The notes under the pieces are model-generated. The model was not told where the DNA came from. It saw nothing but the letters and a program-made list of their open reading frames with translations, and did not search any database. DNA of 64,000 bases from NCBI RefSeq assembly GCF_000143415.4, contig NW_003314261.1, forward strand, positions 3,960,880-4,024,879. The letters are read 5' to 3'. The first letter of the stretch is position 1. Every line of letters starts with the position of its first letter. The DNA comes from Selaginella moellendorffii (lineage: Eukaryota; Plantae; Lycopodiophyta). Both the position numbers and the translations under genes were made by a program. Of this stretch, positions 60,605 to 64,000 are shown in pieces.

Positions 60605-63600
60605 TCAATCCTTTGCCGGCAGAATGCAGCGATAGGCCTGCTTGGGATGCGAATCCACGGCGCTTTGCAACGCGCTCTCCGCTCCAACGCCGTTCTTGAA
60701 GAGCTCGTCGTAGAGGCACGAGATGAAGGCCGACAATCCCCGCTCCTCCACTTCTCGCCTCTCCATTTTGCTCTCGCTCCCCTCGTCAATGTCACTGTCC
60801 TCCCAATCGCCCTCGTTGTGGTGGACGAACTCCACCCCGTCCTCCTCCTCCTCCTCCTCCTCGCCAATCTCAAAGTCGGCCTTCTCTCCTCCACATTCGG
60901 CGGCTTTCATTTCCGGCGGCTCGGCAATGGGAGCGATCACGGCCTTGGCTCCTGCGTCCAGTATCGCTTTCACCAGGCTTGGGATCGGGGCATACTTTCC
61001 AGTGCACACCACCACTCTGTCTCTCCATGCCCCTACCTACACAGTTTTTCATCAAGCGTAAGAGATGGACGAGTAGAAAACTAAACAAACAAACCATCCA
61101 CCGGACGTCGTCTGCTGTGAGATGAGCCTCGGGAAGTACTCTACGAAAGAGGTACGATCCAACTTCCTGGCCATCGCTTAGCATCTACCATTCACCCGTG
61201 TCAGAGATCCTCTAAGGAAATAGCTTACAATACCTGCATCCGACCCATAAAACAATGTAGCGCTCCATCTAGTACGAAACGAGGGTGTCTTGACACCAAG
61301 TCTTCCAGCTTAGTGTACGTTGGAAGCTGGACGTTCTTGCTCCCATGGCTCTTTACGAAGGACTGGCGTATGCTTGTTGTCACCTTTTGGAGAAATTCCA
61401 CGCCCATGTCACCAGGCTCAGCTACTGCAAAAATGTCAGTCCTCCAGCTGCAAGGGAAAACAGAGTTGATCAGCAGGCAAGTTTTTGTGACCAGAAAGAT
61501 TTACCTCAGGACTAGACCCATCTGGTCGCTGTGTAATGCCAAATGCACTACTCCAATCTGGGGAGAACTTCGGATCTTTTCGTGCAACGTCGCCACTGGA
61601 CCATAAAGCTGCCGAGGTCCCAAAGGAGGCGAACCTGGAGGCGTGTGCAGTTGTTTTGAACCATCAAGGCTGAGAGGTGGAACCTCCGAGCGGCCCAATA
61701 TCTGTGAGGCGATGTCAGGACTGAATGGAAACGGTGTGCTTGAAAATAATGGCGACGTCAAGGGCGTGAACGAAGAAGCTGCCGAGCGTAAGGTTCCACC
61801 GGAGCTACTAACGACCTCAATCTTGATGCTGTTGCGAGCACAATAGCCTTCCAAAGTTCGAGTATGCTTGAAAGGCTTCGCCATCTCGGGACTACGGGAT
61901 GCTTCCACGAGAAGAAGTCGGCGTCTCCATCCCAGTCCTGGACGACTGTCATTTTCTGCATTGCATTCAAGAAATTGAATCACTCAGCATCATTGAAAAT
62001 GATTACGTACTCTTCGAAGGCCATCCCTTGGCTGCTGGTCGGGCTCCTTCTTCTAGTGACAACTTCAGTAGGCGGTCACAGACTGCATGAAATGAAGCAA
62101 TATTCGCATCGATATACTCTTGGGTAGCTGCCTCAAGTTTCAGCCAAACAGCCGGATCAGTTTCGTCCAGTTCCATAATGCATCGCTCGTCAACTGGAAA
62201 AGCAAGCATGAGTACGAGAAGAGCCTTTTCATAAATACTAACTAGGATTAAAACGATAATACTGAAGATCGGGAAGCAAAGGCAGAAGCGTGTCCAAGGC
62301 TTCTTCTACCCGCTCGACAGAGCAGGCACTCTCGATCAAAACCTGGCCGGTATCTAGATATCGCCAGCCTCCTTTTCCACGAGCCTGAAATCCTAGCAGT
62401 TCAGTGCATTGAAACGAAAAGGAAAAAGACCACAGAACCTTTGTTGGAACGTTTCCGCATCCAACGGACACTAAACATGCAATAGAAGTGTCTGGCCAAA
62501 GAAGCTGTGCCTCTCGAATTGCAATCAAAGCTGGGTTATTTGCAACGATAGCTCCGTCCTGCCATCGATTTGTATCTGCCCAAAAAAAGAAAGAAAGAAA
62601 GAAAGAAAAACATATGGCTACTGCTGCATTTTTTATATGTACCTATAGAGAAATCATCCAGGTAGTAAGGAGCAGCAGATGATGCCCTTATAGCCTCCCA
62701 TATACGGTGCTTAGACGATCCCAAAAATGCACATCTTTTCGGACCTACTTGAGTTGTTAAAGGAGCGGCTGTTGCAGGTGTTCCTGAAACTGATACAGCT
62801 GGTCCTTCCTTAGTCCATGGAGCTGTCTCGATAGTTCCCGCTGGGTACTATTCTAAAAGTTCAGCGAACCGTGTTAAACTCACACAAAGTGTTGCGTACC
62901 TGGTAATTTCTGAACACGAATGGTTGGGCTGGTATGACGCTGACTAGCGACGATACCACAAATACCTTTGGAACCCCTTTAACTGCAGATTCTATCAAAA
63001 GGTCGCCCTCTTCATCCGCGCAAAGCTCCCTTAGGAGGCGTTCAAACTGGTCTGCATGATGCTGCAGAGAAAAAGACTGCCATCAATAAAAGAAAAGTAA
63101 AAGAGATTAAGCGCCTCACCTTAGAGCCATGCACCACAACACGAAAATTCTGTGAAGAGCTTTTATAGAGTTGATCTAGTTTTTCTCTCCAAGTGGCTGC
63201 TTCATTGTCCTTTGGAATCGGCTCGGCAAACACTACTTTTCCTGAAATGTACGAGGATCAGAAAAGCAGCTTACAAAGAATTTGAAGTACACACCCAGCG
63301 TCTTGTATATCTCTTCGCATTTGTCAAGGCTAAACTGTTTGATTGCAAGAGCGATGGCAAGCATTCCACCCGTCGATGTGCCACATATAAGATCAAACAT
63401 CTCATGGATCCGTTTTCCACTTCCTTGCTCAATTTTCCTAAGCATCTGCACGGTTGCAAGACCCCTCATTCCACCCCCGTCCATGGCCAATATTCTCAAG
63501 CCTTGCTTCGAAACAGGACGGGCTTTTGTTGCTCGTCTGAGATACTCATTCTCACCTGAAATAGAAATATACAACTTGAAAAGGCGGCTTGAGAGAGCAC

Positions 63601-64000
63601 TCGTTACCTAGTATAGCTAAGGCCCGTGCAGCGGACTTGGATATACGTGAATCTGTGGCACCAGATAGACGGAAAAGCAAATCTCGTAAGCTTTCTGAAG
63701 TTACCAGTAACTGTCTGTTCTCTCGACAGAATGCAAGATTTCCTACAGCTAACAATGCTTGACGTTGTACCTGTACACCGAGCTTAGTTGTAATCTCAAA
63801 ACGGAAAGACCAACCTCTATGTTCTCATGAGCACATAGCTGTTTTAGACGCCTCAAAATGTCCTTAGTAAGCATCTTTGACGCAATGACATCGGACGAGA
63901 AAGCAAGGTTGACAATAACTTTCAGAACCGAAGTAAGAAGCTCGGGAGCCGTGAACTTCAAAACAGTTTCAATGGACTCGACAGTATCGGCCTTTATTAG
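60605..64000 (-). CDS. Phospholipase A I-like (ARM repeats + patatin domain); 5' end lies beyond the window
   Basis: DGGGMRG, GTSTG, RASSAAPYY and WQDGAIVANNP patatin motifs, preceded by ARM-like VGNLAFC. Many ~50-nt introns. Stop at 60605. Confidence 0.92.

Overview
Plant nuclear DNA, most likely the lycophyte Selaginella. This is inferred from ~45-65 nt introns, tight gene spacing and an S-motif-rich PLS PPR gene. The left half (1-31.1 kb) is a nested LTR-retrotransposon cluster of three families, labelled here A, B and C. It holds two full-length but mutated chromodomain Ty3/gypsy copies (A1 3736-11561, A2 21613-29071), each inserted in a family-C LTR that itself sits in a family-B LTR, plus two near-identical 286-bp MITEs. 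The right half is genic: a PLS PPR gene, a CRR42/DUF3148 gene, importin-alpha, a WVD2/TPX2-like gene and the 3' part of a patatin/ARM phospholipase. These are mixed with pseudogene copies left by a decayed tandem triplication, a degenerate non-chromovirus Ty3 element (D), and copia and LINE remnants. Main finding: family A carries host-type short spliceosomal introns inside its integrase. Introns of 46 nt and 52 nt split the HPQT/DGQTER and KLTQR/FAGPY motifs and are conserved in both copies. A candidate 66-nt intron also spans the LTR end and the primer-binding site. That would make spliced mRNA unable to prime reverse transcription and could explain how a retroelement keeps its introns.
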